Positions 18,610 to 28,643 of a DNA stretch of 64,000 nt are shown here, one piece after another (the stretch's first letter is position 1; each line of letters starts with the position of its first letter). The stretch comes from a virus, in IMG/VR virus record IMGVR_UViG_3300013233_000773. One strand, written 5' to 3'. A program made the position numbers and the translations under genes. The notes beneath the pieces were generated by a model, which ran no database searches, had not been told where the DNA came from, and saw nothing but the letters and a program-made list of their open reading frames with translations.

Positions 18610-21600
18610 TCATCCGCACTTGGACCATCCGCAGTCCATGCAGGTCATGCAGAGCCCCTCTACCTTGACGTTGCGCTGGCTGCACGATGGACACTTGAAC
18701 TTGCCGATGGTCTCCTCTGCCCTGACGTATTCGGACAGTACCCGTGCGCAGGCCCTGGCAAAGTTGGTGATCGGAACCTTGGACTTCAATATCTGGTCGA
18801 CCACGAACTCAAGAGGAGTACCATGACGCAGTGCCGTGCTCATCAGGCGGGTCACCAGCGATGCGTCCGTCTCCTCGTACCTGTTGAGCTGCCTTATCAG
18901 CATGGCTCCGCTCTCGAAGCTATAGGTGTTGCCCTTGTCGGTGCTCTCCTTGAAGATGGTCCCCTCCATCCCGCCTGATACGCATGCCTTCTCGTGCTCC
19001 AGGGCGAACACCTCGTAGACCCTGTCGTCAAGGAGTCCCACGAAGACGGCATACTTCTGTCCGTTCGGCTTGATTACATGCACCCTAGCGTCCAGCCGTA
19101 CCGGGCGCCTCGGCGCACTGCGGACCTCTATGGTGTCCTTTGTAGTCCGCTTGCTGACCAGGACTCCCTCGCGGGACCCGTCGCGGTAGACCGTGATACC
19201 CTTGCACCCGGCCCGCCAGGCCTCCACATAATACCGGCCCACTTCCTCCTCGGTCGCAGTCGACGGAAGGTTGACAGTATTCGATATCGACTGGTCGATG
19301 TACCGCTGTATCGCTCCCTGCATCCTGATGCGGAACTCAGGACTGACTTCATGCGCCGACACGAAGTAATGTGGAAGGTCCTGGCCGTGTTCCTCGAGGT
19401 ATTCCTTAGCGACGGGATGGAACACGTCATGCTCCACGACCTCCTTCGCGGTCCCCAGGTTGGTCTTCCGGACGTACTTCATCATGAACACCGGCTCGGT
19501 TGACGACGAGCATCCGGCCAGGCATGATATGGATCCCGTCGGTGCTATCGCGTGCAGGGCTATGTTCCTGATGCCGGTCCGCCGGATGTCACACTGAATC
19601 TCGAACGGGAGCCTCTTGACGAACTCGGACCTGCAGTGCCTGTCGGCGTCGAACGCCGGGAAGGGACCCTTCTCGACCGCCAGCCGGCACGACTCGTCGT
19701 ACGACGCGGTCATGAACGTCTCGAACACCTTCTCGGAGATCCGGACGGCATCGTCCGTGTCATATCCGGTGCGCATCTTCAGGAGCATGTCAGCAAAGCC
19801 CATCGCTCCAAGGCCAAGCCTGCGCCCGTTGTCATTGGCCCATTGCTGGAACTCCATCGGGGCCTTCTCGAGGGTAATGACGCCGTCCAGAAACCGCACA
19901 GCCGACCTGACGTCCTTCTCGAACGCCCCGTGGTCGAACGAGCAATCCTCTCGGAACGGACTGCGGACGTACTTCCCGAGGTTCATGGACCCGAGATTGC
20001 ACGAGTCCCCGTGGGACAGTGCTACCTCGCCGCAGTTGCCGACCCGCAGTCCAGAGACCGTCATCTCGTGATGCTCAGGCTCAGTAAGGCAGAAGGTCTC
20101 TTCCTCTCCGGCGTACTCGATCGAGACGACCTTCTTGTGCGTCCTCCTGGCAGAGTTTCCGGAACCGCAATGTGCGTCGAGCCAGGCGGCCAGAATCACG
20201 TTCCTCCATTCCTGCATGAACCCGATGGTCTCATGAAACCTCACTAGGTTCTCCCTGCGCGAAACGATCAACTCATATTGGGCTCTGAACGGATATGTCT
20301 TCCTGCCACCGTCCCCGTCGTTCATTTCCTTCATGCCAGGCTTCCTGCGCATGGTCACGGTCGAGTCAATACCGAGCTGGGACAGCATAAGCTGACAGTC
20401 GCTCAGTAGCCCGAGCCTAGACTGCGCAAGCCTTATTGATGCTGAACACCTTGACTCATTGATCTGAACGCTACCGTCCGCGCTGAACAGGCCACGCATG
20501 AACATGGCTATGGTCCGTTCGTTGCCGGTCCACATCGACGCAGGAATCAGGTGCTTCGAGCCCGGTACCAGGCCGTCCTCCGCCATCAGCCGCCCAAGGA
20601 CAATTGAGCAGATCTCTGCCTTTGCACAGTCGAAGCCCTTGTCCCGGACGATCCTCGGTTCATATTCCGGACACTGATCGGTCGAGGAGTTCGACCTTTC
20701 ATAGACCTTTTTCATGGCATTCTTCAACGCCGGCATGGCCGCCTCTATGTCCCTGCCCCATGCACGCACATGGGCCCTATGGCCACGTTCGAAACGCGAG
20801 ACGGAACCATCTCCTATGGTCCATCCGGCCAACAGGGCATATTCCTCGTAGTCGAAGTCTCCAAACGACGTGTTGCGCTGGACAGGAACCATGTCGCCAG
20901 GAACGACGTCCCTGAGCGAAATCCTTCCCTTTCCCTTCACCGGGAACCTGTGCCCTGCAGTCGCGACGATGAAGGATCCGTCGTCATAGGTGACCCGGTA
21001 GACCGGTGCGGCCTCGGACGTGCGGTACACGCAGCTGGAACCAGTCAGGCCCGTCCTGCTCACTATTCGCTGAGCCTGTTCCCGGACGGACTCCTCGCAG
21101 TGTTCCTTGAAGCCCTGCTCGGCCCAGAGCTCGCGGGCTCTGCGATATCCACGCTCCGTCAGGATCCGCATATCCCCGGCCAGGCACGGGTTGGTAGTTA
21201 GGCACTTGAACCTGTCGTACTGCTGGGCCGGAACCTCCCTGCAGGTGGCGTCCCAGAACAGCAGTCCTGGCTCTGCGCGCTTCCATGCGAAGTGGACTAT
21301 CTTGTTCCACAGGTCCCGCGCCGAGACCGTGCTGTACGTCCTGCCGCCCCACCGGAGGTCGAACGGCGCATCGTCCAGGACAGCGCGCATGAACTCGTCG
21401 GTTACCTTGACGCTGACGTTGGCGTACCTGATCCTGTCGAGACCGTCGCCCTTGATCTCGACGAACTTCTCCACGTCCGGGTGAGCGACGTCCAGGCTCA
21501 GGAGCAACGCTCCGATCCTGGCGGACTGCCCTATCGTGCAGGTGACGGTGCTGAATAGGTCCATGAAGGCCACCGGCCCGCCTGACGTCCTTGCTGCGTT

Positions 21601-22062
21601 GTGTACGGGATCTCCGCTCGGCCTGAGGACCGACAGGTCCACCCCGCAGCCGCCACCGGCCTTGTACGTCTGGGCCATCCTGTTTAGGCAGGTGAAGATC
21701 GCCTCGACGGAGTCGTCCTCTATCTCTATCACGTAGCAGTTCTTGAGAGTCACCGCAGCCGGATTGTCGAGCCCGTACATGATACGCCCTGCGGGCACGA
21801 ACTTGAAGTCCTCGAGCAGCTCTCGATATCTGCGATACGCCTTCCTGCCGCCGTCCGTCCTGGCCACCGCCTTAGCCATGCGGTCCCACATCGTGGCCGG
21901 ACCGTCCTCCAGAAGCTCGCCATCCTCGTCGTGTAAGAGGTACTTGTCCACCAGCACGGTGGCGGCCAGGCTGTCTCCCAGCAGCTCCGTGCACTCCTCG
22001 ATCACCCTCCTGCGGTCAAGCTTCCTGGTTGCGTCCCTGCGTCGTTCAAGCGTGGCCGTCAT
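18610..22062 (-). CDS. nrdJ: class II (B12-dependent) ribonucleotide reductase with intein
   Basis: FVPAGRI, TLKNCYV, TTNP-[intein]-CGE, SCNLGS, IAPTGS, GCKGITVYRDGSR, C-terminal CxxC...CGWSKCG. Confidence 0.92.
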   Translation of the reverse strand: MTATLERRRDATRKLDRRRVIEECTELLGDSLAATVLVDKYLLHDEDGELLEDGPATMWDRMAKAVARTDGGRKAYRRYRELLEDFKFVPAGRIMYGLDNPAAVTLKNCYVIEIEDDSVEAIFTCLNRMAQTYKAGGGCGVDLSVLRPSGDPVHNAARTSGGPVAFMDLFSTVTCTIGQSARIGALLLSLDVAHPDVEKFVEIKGDGLDRIRYANVSVKVTDEFMRAVLDDAPFDLRWGGRTYSTVSARDLWNKIVHFAWKRAEPGLLFWDATCREVPAQQYDRFKCLTTNPCLAGDMRILTERGYRRARELWAEQGFKEHCEESVREQAQRIVSRTGLTGSSCVYRTSEAAPVYRVTYDDGSFIVATAGHRFPVKGKGRISLRDVVPGDMVPVQRNTSFGDFDYEEYALLAGWTIGDGSVSRFERGHRAHVRAWGRDIEAAMPALKNAMKKVYERSNSSTDQCPEYEPRIVRDKGFDCAKAEICSIVLGRLMAEDGLVPGSKHLIPASMWTGNERTIAMFMRGLFSADGSVQINESRCSASIRLAQSRLGLLSDCQLMLSQLGIDSTVTMRRKPGMKEMNDGDGGRKTYPFRAQYELIVSRRENLVRFHETIGFMQEWRNVILAAWLDAHCGSGNSARRTHKKVVSIEYAGEEETFCLTEPEHHEMTVSGLRVGNCGEVALSHGDSCNLGSMNLGKYVRSPFREDCSFDHGAFEKDVRSAVRFLDGVITLEKAPMEFQQWANDNGRRLGLGAMGFADMLLKMRTGYDTDDAVRISEKVFETFMTASYDESCRLAVEKGPFPAFDADRHCRSEFVKRLPFEIQCDIRRTGIRNIALHAIAPTGSISCLAGCSSSTEPVFMMKYVRKTNLGTAKEVVEHDVFHPVAKEYLEEHGQDLPHYFVSAHEVSPEFRIRMQGAIQRYIDQSISNTVNLPSTATEEEVGRYYVEAWRAGCKGITVYRDGSREGVLVSKRTTKDTIEVRSAPRRPVRLDARVHVIKPNGQKYAVFVGLLDDRVYEVFALEHEKACVSGGMEGTIFKESTDKGNTYSFESGAMLIRQLNRYEETDASLVTRLMSTALRHGTPLEFVVDQILKSKVPITNFARACARVLSEYVRAEETIGKFKCPSCSQRNVKVEGLCMTCMDCGWSKCG
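20035..21186 (-). mobile_element. intein with LAGLIDADG homing endonuclease (384 aa) at the RNR NP/CGE active site
   Basis: CLAGDMRILT start, TAGH block B, LAGWTIGDG and FMRGLFSADG motifs, ends LRVGN/C. Confidence 0.92.
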
Positions 22063-22071
22063 GGTGCGTCC

Positions 22072-22719
22072 TCATTCCTTGACAAAGTCCGTCCCCAACA
22101 TCCGTTCCGCATGCGCCACTATCCTTTGACTGCAGCATAGCCTCGTCCTCGTGCGCAGCAGCTCGCGCATGCCCGGCATCGTTCCCTTCTCGTGTTCCCT
22201 GAGGCACGCCATCGCGCGCAGACATGGACTGAAGACCGCAAGCAGACAGGACGCAACGTATCCGGCATGATGCCACCTGACCATGTCCGGATAGGCGTCC
22301 GGAACAGCCCTATGCAGCAGCACACTGGACCACGGTTCTCCATTCCTCCTTCGGGAACTTATGAAGCAGTATGACCTGGACATAGTACTGATTGTGCCTT
22401 CTTCGGCTTGACGGTCGCGCTCAAGCTTGGCGCAGCACAGCTCGACCAGGTCCTTGCACGCCAGGACACCGAGACCCCTTCGTGCCAGCTCCCTCCTACC
22501 GGCACTCTCCACCACGGCCCCAACGACGTACGGCAACATGTCATCCTCTATTCCGACCGCATCGGTGCGCTTCAGGAAGGCCTCCAGATGACGCCAGCTA
22601 TACGTCTTGCGCGGATCCGTGCCGGAGCCGAACGACACGTTCTTGCCATAGCGGCGCGCCGCGTCCCTGAACACCAGGAACACCTTGGCTATTCTGGCAT
22701 CGTCGACCACTCGTCCCAT
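22072..22719 (-). CDS. hypothetical protein
   Basis: Start MGRVVDD; co-oriented upstream of nrdJ. Confidence 0.6.
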   Translation of the reverse strand: MGRVVDDARIAKVFLVFRDAARRYGKNVSFGSGTDPRKTYSWRHLEAFLKRTDAVGIEDDMLPYVVGAVVESAGRRELARRGLGVLACKDLVELCCAKLERDRQAEEGTISTMSRSYCFISSRRRNGEPWSSVLLHRAVPDAYPDMVRWHHAGYVASCLLAVFSPCLRAMACLREHEKGTMPGMRELLRTRTRLCCSQRIVAHAERMLGTDFVKE

Positions 22720-22772
22720 CCTAGTTGGCTCCGTAGATAACCGATGCAAGCACTCAAATACTGGAGAAGCAA

Positions 22773-23126
22773 ATGAGCAAGAAGGTCCGCAGGAAGCCCG
22801 GAGAACAGGGCAGAAAAGCCACGGAGACCACCAAGGGAGCTTTGTCGGACACCCATCCAGTCGAAGTTGATCCATCCAAGGCCAGGGACGAAGAAGAGGC
22901 CAAGGAGATGCTCGGCGCAGTCGAGAAGTGGATTGATGGCATAGCCGAAGACGTAGGTGAGCTAGCCAAGAAGCACCGCATCAAGGCCTACGCGCTGCTG
23001 TTCGTGCATCCTGCGACCGGCAAGGTGATGTACCTGTCGAACCTCGACCGCTATAACGCCACTCGAATGTCTGCAGTGGCGGTCAGAAGAATGAAGCAAG
23101 AAATAGCCGAAGAACTAGCGGTCTAG
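22773..23126 (+). CDS. hypothetical protein
   Basis: ATG with GGAGA upstream; fills gap. Confidence 0.65.
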   Translation: MSKKVRRKPGEQGRKATETTKGALSDTHPVEVDPSKARDEEEAKEMLGAVEKWIDGIAEDVGELAKKHRIKAYALLFVHPATGKVMYLSNLDRYNATRMSAVAVRRMKQEIAEELAV

Positions 23127-25087
23127 AGACCATAGATGTTGCGCAGGTTCTCGCACAGCGAAGCAACCCTGTCCTTCATTGGAACCTCCCGCATGCGCTT
23201 CAGGATCTCCTCATTTCGCCTACCGTGCACGGTCTGCCATCCCGGCATGCGCACATGGAAGAGGTGAAACAGGACGGTATCTCCGTCCCTACACATCTCC
23301 GTGCATTGCTCCAGCCTATCTTGGAACTCCTTATCCTCGGAACCGTATCCGATGAACTCCTCGCACAGTCCACCTATCCTAATGTACGCTTCCTTCCTTA
23401 TGCCTATGCTTCCCCCCGCAAATTCACTGCTCGTCCTAGTGATCTCGGAGTGCCCAATCGACAGGTTGTCCAGGCAGACCTCGTTGGAGGACTCCTCGGT
23501 CAGGTAGACGACCTTGCCACAGACGTGCGCGGACTCATGGTCGTTCAACGTCCTTACCACCGTGGACAGATAATTTCCGTGGACCAGGACGTCCGCGTCA
23601 TGCAGCACCAGATGCCCGTGCGAGCTGATGGACGCACCCAGGTTTAGGGCCGTCGACTTCGAAAACTCGGACGGGCCGCCGACGAGTACGTGCCGAGCCC
23701 CAGTGGTCTCCGACCATTCAACGCGCCGCTCTCCATCCTGTTCAACCACTATAACCTCGACGAGCGGATGGCGCTGGGCCCGCAGGTTGTTCATGACAGC
23801 CAGGACATGGGGAATATTATCCTGGTCCCTGGACCGAAAAGGGACGATGCAGCTTACCCCTTTCACGTCCGACTGCGTGGTCCTGCCGACGTAAATCCGG
23901 TTCCGGTCGCTGCGTAGCTTCTTGAACAGGACGCGGGACCTGGATAGTTCGGACGACTTCTCCGAGCCAACTGCAGACGCGTCTGGACAGATCTTCAGAA
24001 ACATGTCGGAGCCGACGACGTCGTGATAACCGGGAGGCTGTATTCCGCTCATAGATATGCGGTGTGACCAGTCGACGTGCTCCATGCCATACAATCCGAA
24101 CCTCTCGTCGAAGAAGCCAGCGGTCCTTCCTGCCTCGTCGTCGTACACGAGCACCGCCCCGTGCGGCTTCTCTGTTATAGTCCATATCGTATGCTTGCCT
24201 AACTTCCGCCTGGTCCCATCAGTGGCCCTAGCACCCTGGACTCCGGACTGGCGCATGCAGAAGTGGTGATAGCCGTGCTCCTTCATGGCGGAGACGTAGT
24301 GATGCTCCCATCCCGGCCTGAGCACTTCTACGTCGTCGTTCATGATGATCCTGTACCGGAACCTCTCGAGGCACTGCATGAGCCTGTTCGTGTTTCCAGC
24401 GACTCCGATGCGCCTGTCACTGTGCAGTATGGCGAATTCCTGTCCGGACAGTCCTTCGGTATATCTCCTGGTGCGCGCGTCCGTGGATTCGTCGCTTATG
24501 ACCACGGTTGTCTTCGTCAGGTCGGTGTGTCTACGCAGGGACTCAACCAGCCGCCTCAGGCTGCCAATGCGGTTGTAGCTCAATATTCCGACTCCGACCT
24601 CGTTCGAGACTGGAACCACTGGTATCCTGTCGAGCTCGGTCCCGATGGGCCTGGAAAGGACCGCCGCCTGCTTCTTCCTTGCTACCTTCTTCGGCCTGGC
24701 CTGCATGCGCCGAAGCTTGGTCTGTCTAGCCACCTGCATGCGCTGCAGCTTGGTCTGCCTGACCGCCTGCATCTTGGTCCTCAATCTCTCTGCGTGCTGT
24801 CTGGCCCGGTTCGACGTGGCAGCGTTCCTGGCACGCTCGGCCTCCGACCGCAGGACCTGCGCACGCATCGCCCTCGACTTTGCCTCGGCCATGCGACGCA
24901 CCGGTACGGCGGTTGGCCCAGACACGTTGCTCCTGGTCACCTTGAGATACCTGGGCACGTACCTGTCAAAGTACTGATCGAGGGCCTTGCGCTGAGACCT
25001 TGCGAACTGCACCTTCTCGAGCCTAGGTGGAGGGCCGGTCAATATCACTATCCTGCCCGTTATGTTCAGATATTCGTTTCTCGGCAT
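23123..25087 (-). CDS. two-domain GT-A glycosyltransferase (GT2 + GT2/GT7-like) with basic N-terminal extension
   Basis: VGILSYNR, IMNDDV, FDERFGLYGMEHVD; second domain CIVPFR, LHDADV, FIGYGSEDKEF. Confidence 0.85.
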   Translation of the reverse strand: MPRNEYLNITGRIVILTGPPPRLEKVQFARSQRKALDQYFDRYVPRYLKVTRSNVSGPTAVPVRRMAEAKSRAMRAQVLRSEAERARNAATSNRARQHAERLRTKMQAVRQTKLQRMQVARQTKLRRMQARPKKVARKKQAAVLSRPIGTELDRIPVVPVSNEVGVGILSYNRIGSLRRLVESLRRHTDLTKTTVVISDESTDARTRRYTEGLSGQEFAILHSDRRIGVAGNTNRLMQCLERFRYRIIMNDDVEVLRPGWEHHYVSAMKEHGYHHFCMRQSGVQGARATDGTRRKLGKHTIWTITEKPHGAVLVYDDEAGRTAGFFDERFGLYGMEHVDWSHRISMSGIQPPGYHDVVGSDMFLKICPDASAVGSEKSSELSRSRVLFKKLRSDRNRIYVGRTTQSDVKGVSCIVPFRSRDQDNIPHVLAVMNNLRAQRHPLVEVIVVEQDGERRVEWSETTGARHVLVGGPSEFSKSTALNLGASISSHGHLVLHDADVLVHGNYLSTVVRTLNDHESAHVCGKVVYLTEESSNEVCLDNLSIGHSEITRTSSEFAGGSIGIRKEAYIRIGGLCEEFIGYGSEDKEFQDRLEQCTEMCRDGDTVLFHLFHVRMPGWQTVHGRRNEEILKRMREVPMKDRVASLCENLRNIYGL

Positions 25088-25616
25088 TTCCCTTCCTCAC
25101 GGCCATGATCGCCGAAACCAGACTATCTACGTCTGGCTCTGTAGTACCGTCGAGAAATACCTTCACGTCGGCCATTCTGGACAGCTCTGGGATACTCTCA
25201 AGCATCTTCTCGCGGTACCTGTCCATCGTCTCCGCCGTAAGGAAGTCCTTGCCGCGCTCCACGCACTCCTCTACGGGGCACTTAACGTAGGCATATAGCA
25301 CGGCATGCCGAAACCTTCTAGCTAGGCGAAAGTATCTGGACATGATCCGCAGCGAGGCGCAGGCCGTGTCGTATATCAGGACGTCGCCCGACCCGCAGCA
25401 CTCCATCTGTTCCATTAGGACGTCCAGCGAGACCGCCCAGGCGTCCAGGTCGCACTGCCTCTTCTCGAACTCTGGAAGGTCGTCATAATCCTCGGGACGC
25501 ATTGACTTCGGCTCGATCACAGCATGATCAACGTCCATCTCGCGCAGCCTGTCAACAAGCACGGCGGTACACGTAGTCTTGCCCGCCTGCGGTAGACCTG
25601 CCATGAAGACGACCAT
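25023..25616 (-). CDS. P-loop kinase (AAA_33 / polynucleotide kinase-like)
   Basis: GLPQAGKTT, LIYDTAC, VKCPVEECVER. Confidence 0.75.
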   Translation of the reverse strand: MVVFMAGLPQAGKTTCTAVLVDRLREMDVDHAVIEPKSMRPEDYDDLPEFEKRQCDLDAWAVSLDVLMEQMECCGSGDVLIYDTACASLRIMSRYFRLARRFRHAVLYAYVKCPVEECVERGKDFLTAETMDRYREKMLESIPELSRMADVKVFLDGTTEPDVDSLVSAIMAVRKGNAEKRISEHNGQDSDIDRPST

Positions 25617-25635
25617 GCTGGTCAAATACGCCGGA

Positions 25636-25953
25636 TCATATGCCCAGCTTACCGTACGGATATTTCAAGCTGGTGGTGGCCGCATACGTGCTGGACCCAG
25701 GAGACCATATGCTGCCTCCGCCCCCGCCTGTCTTCTCCGGCTGCCAGACCCTCTCCATGCTCCTGCGCGACTTCCTTCCATACTTGTCCTTCTTCCTGCC
25801 CTTCCTGCTGAGGGACTCTACGGATACCTTCTGCCCGAACCATTTCCGCTTCCGTTTCCTCCTCTTAAGACCGCTCGCTGGAAAATAGTTTCCAGGGCCG
25901 ACGTCTATTGCTGCCGTTGCCGTAACGGACTCAAGCATTGCGCTCAGCTTCAT
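25636..25953 (-). CDS. small basic hypothetical protein
   Basis: MKLSAMLES start, Lys/Arg-rich; GGAGGAAGG upstream. Confidence 0.55.
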   Translation of the reverse strand: MKLSAMLESVTATAAIDVGPGNYFPASGLKRRKRKRKWFGQKVSVESLSRKGRKKDKYGRKSRRSMERVWQPEKTGGGGGSIWSPGSSTYAATTSLKYPYGKLGI

Positions 25954-26581
25954 GTCCTTCCTCCGCGCTTAACTTTGACGGAGGACTTGTCCTACCATAG
26001 ACGGGAACTATGGCCCCGTCACGTTCCATGTGCTTGAACACGGACGGCTTGATGATGAACGATGACCTCCCATACATCTCCTCGCCCGAGATCATCTTGC
26101 CATACAGTGAATCGTCCAGGACCATCGGACCAGCGGCTACCTTCTGGATCGGAACCTCCTGCCTGCCGATGAAGTCACGGAGATAACCTGGACTGCAGAA
26201 CTTGTTGAGCGACACGCGCACGTCAACCAGTAGCGGTCCCTCCGCTCCGAAGGCCCAGTAGAAGATCGCGTTCGGTATGCCGACATACTTCATGGTGGCC
26301 ACTATACGGTGGCTATACTTCTTCATCACCTCCTCGACGACCGGAACGATGTCTCCGGGATCTTCTGCGTCGAGCACCCTTCCGTCGAAGGCGGCCAGCC
26401 TGACGAACACGTCCCCATCCTGCCTGGAGACCAGCATGGCCAGGCCTTCCGTACCGTATTCCTCGATGACGTAGATTATCCTGTTGCGCAGCTGCTGCAC
26501 GTGCTTCAGGCCCACTATCTCTGGATATGGAAGGATCTCCGGAAGCTCTACAATCCTACTCATCGATGTACCAGACTCCAT
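25931..26581 (-). CDS. RNA ligase-fold protein, apparently lacking the catalytic Lys
   Basis: YPEI...YVIEEYGTEG (motif I position), LLVDVRV, FIIKP (motif IV-like). Confidence 0.45.
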   Translation of the reverse strand: MESGTSMSRIVELPEILPYPEIVGLKHVQQLRNRIIYVIEEYGTEGLAMLVSRQDGDVFVRLAAFDGRVLDAEDPGDIVPVVEEVMKKYSHRIVATMKYVGIPNAIFYWAFGAEGPLLVDVRVSLNKFCSPGYLRDFIGRQEVPIQKVAAGPMVLDDSLYGKMISGEEMYGRSSFIIKPSVFKHMERDGAIVPVYGRTSPPSKLSAEEGHEAERNA

Positions 26582-26876
26582 CCTGGAGAACGTGATATTC
26601 TCCTCCCATGGACGACCTCATTGCGGAGAGGGAGACCTTCCTTGTGTTCTTCGCGTATTCAGCCTCCAGCATGGTGAACAACAGCTTAGGCAGGCCCTCG
26701 ATAATTACGTGCAGAACGTCTCCGTCAATCGCCCCTATGACCCCGTACCATCTAGTGAAGAAGCCATGCCAGATGACGAAGTCGCCGATATTAGGAGTCC
26801 ACTTACGCAGAGAGGCAAACTGCGCGAGGGCTACGGACGAGGAACCAAGACGCGTGCCCGCAGTGCTATTCTGCAT
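26556..26876 (-). CDS. hypothetical protein
   Basis: Overlapping co-oriented ORF. Confidence 0.6.
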   Translation of the reverse strand: MQNSTAGTRLGSSSVALAQFASLRKWTPNIGDFVIWHGFFTRWYGVIGAIDGDVLHVIIEGLPKLLFTMLEAEYAKNTRKVSLSAMRSSMGGEYHVLQDGVWYIDE

Positions 26877-27312
26877 CGTCCACCTCGTAGAACTTCAACG
26901 ATGTCGGATCAAACTCGTACGTAGTCCCTCCGAGGTGCCACTGCACACGGTAACCGTTCCTGCGGCCCATCAGCCTACGCTCAATAACGAGGTCCACTGC
27001 AAAGCTGGTCATGCGCAGTCCACCGGCCTCCTTCGCCTCTTCGTCATATTTCCTGACTACTTCCATGCCATCCCTAAGGGCCTTCAGAAGGGAGGGCCTT
27101 GAGCTGCGTGCCTTGATCGTCCCCTTCCTGTCTCCACCGTCCTCCTGCCACCCGACGTCCACCTCGAACCCAACCGGAGCGGTGTTGTCCTGCTCGATCA
27201 TGGACCTTATCATCGCGAACAGGTCCTCGGGGCTGCGCAGAGGCCTGATGGCCACTCCGATCTCATGTGGTTCGTCCACAATGAGGTCAGGAACTACACC
27301 ATCCTCAGACAT
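26866..27312 (-). CDS. hypothetical protein
   Basis: Start MSEDGV with GGAGG upstream. Confidence 0.6.
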   Translation of the reverse strand: MSEDGVVPDLIVDEPHEIGVAIRPLRSPEDLFAMIRSMIEQDNTAPVGFEVDVGWQEDGGDRKGTIKARSSRPSLLKALRDGMEVVRKYDEEAKEAGGLRMTSFAVDLVIERRLMGRRNGYRVQWHLGGTTYEFDPTSLKFYEVDDAE

Positions 27313-27679
27313 CGGTTCCTCCGTCCGGCATGAGTAGTCCGTCATCCTGTCCGGAGTTCTCAAGAACGACATGCCATGGATGTCTCTGGAACCACCTAGA
27401 TAGCAGCTCGTGAAGGACGTTGGAGAGTCTATGCAGCACGAAGATCCTAACGACTACCGACATTGCCGGAGGACCAACGTCAAGAGATGGCAGGTAGAGT
27501 GCCAGGGGAACCGCGACCCACACGGACATGCAATAGCCGCAGCTGACCAGCTTGCTGAGCAGCTGACCCCTCCTCGAGACCCATGCGCGGACTCCAAGAA
27601 GAATGTCCGACGACACCAATATCTCGACGACAGCCTCTACTGCCAGCGTTGCGGCGAACCATGTAGCCAGGACCATCAT
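27305..27679 (-). CDS. membrane protein with CxxC (DUF1360-like)
   Basis: Hydrophobic segments; LVSCGYCMSVWV. Confidence 0.6.
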   Translation of the reverse strand: MMVLATWFAATLAVEAVVEILVSSDILLGVRAWVSRRGQLLSKLVSCGYCMSVWVAVPLALYLPSLDVGPPAMSVVVRIFVLHRLSNVLHELLSRWFQRHPWHVVLENSGQDDGLLMPDGGTDV

Positions 27680-27696
27680 GACGCTATATACGCAGA

Positions 27697-28011
27697 CTAC
27701 CCTGTTATCCGATATCCGCACGACCTGTTTGTGCATACGAATGAATATCTGCGGCGCCTCTCCTTGACGTCATATCTAGGCAATCCTGCCATTGGCCAGG
27801 TACAGCGCGGGCACTTCTTGTGCTTGGCTATCTGCTGTCCGGTCACTCCCCTCGTCACCGCCTTTACAGGGGCCTTGCTCAGCGGCACCTTCCTTGTCGG
27901 CTTCGGCCGCACAGCACTACGCGCCGTGCCCTTTAGTGGTTGGGCGGTCGGCCTGCTCCTCGCAGACCTAGTGTAGAGAACGTTCCGTTTGCCACCTCCG
28001 CAGCAGCCCAT
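27697..28011 (-). CDS. small basic Cys-rich zinc-ribbon protein
   Basis: MGCCGG start, CPRC...CTNRSC; AGGAGG upstream. Confidence 0.65.
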   Translation of the reverse strand: MGCCGGGKRNVLYTRSARSRPTAQPLKGTARSAVRPKPTRKVPLSKAPVKAVTRGVTGQQIAKHKKCPRCTWPMAGLPRYDVKERRRRYSFVCTNRSCGYRITG

Positions 28012-28025
28012 GTCAGGCCCTCCTG

Positions 28026-28616
28026 TCAAGATATTTTTGTCAGGGGCTGAAAGAACTTCTCGGGGTTGCACGACCTGGACAGTGATCTCCATCCGACTAT
28101 GCAAGGAGTAGGAAGGCTCACCTCCTGCTTCTTTACGCCCTTGCGGCTGACCACATTGACGGTCACTACGCTGCGGTAGGAGTCCACGACGATCCTTGGA
28201 CCTCCATATTCGAGGTGCTCAAGGGACCATGCCGTCATGGCCACGAAATCGTTTCCCACGTCCTTGTTCGCAGACCTACCGATCTTGAACCCAAGGAACG
28301 GCTGCAGGCCGACCTCGTCTGCGTCCGAGCACGTCTCGTTCCACCAGGTGGTGAAACAGGCAGGTCCGGCATTGCTGGCTAGTAGGCCTGGTTGAAAGTC
28401 GTTCGGCCTGTTCTTGGACTCTACGCAGAAGGCGAAGAGAGGATCATCGCATATGACGTCGCCGCAGAACCTGTGCTGGGCTATCTTGACTCCGCCGAAC
28501 TTGTTGAATCCGCCACTGCTTGGAGTCTTGCGGAAGCTACGCCCGGTAAGCTCCATTAGCAGCTTCGCCCAGCGTCTCTCTCCATAGTCTCCCTTGCGTT
28601 TCGACTTATTGCCCAT
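28026..28616 (-). CDS. Holliday junction resolvase (Hjc-like PD-(D/E)XK)
   Basis: SKRKGDYGER, RKTPSSGG, GDVIC, VESKN. Confidence 0.8.
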   Translation of the reverse strand: MGNKSKRKGDYGERRWAKLLMELTGRSFRKTPSSGGFNKFGGVKIAQHRFCGDVICDDPLFAFCVESKNRPNDFQPGLLASNAGPACFTTWWNETCSDADEVGLQPFLGFKIGRSANKDVGNDFVAMTAWSLEHLEYGGPRIVVDSYRSVVTVNVVSRKGVKKQEVSLPTPCIVGWRSLSRSCNPEKFFQPLTKIS

Positions 28617-28643
28617 TGGCGGTGCTCCAGGTTCTGGAGCTAT

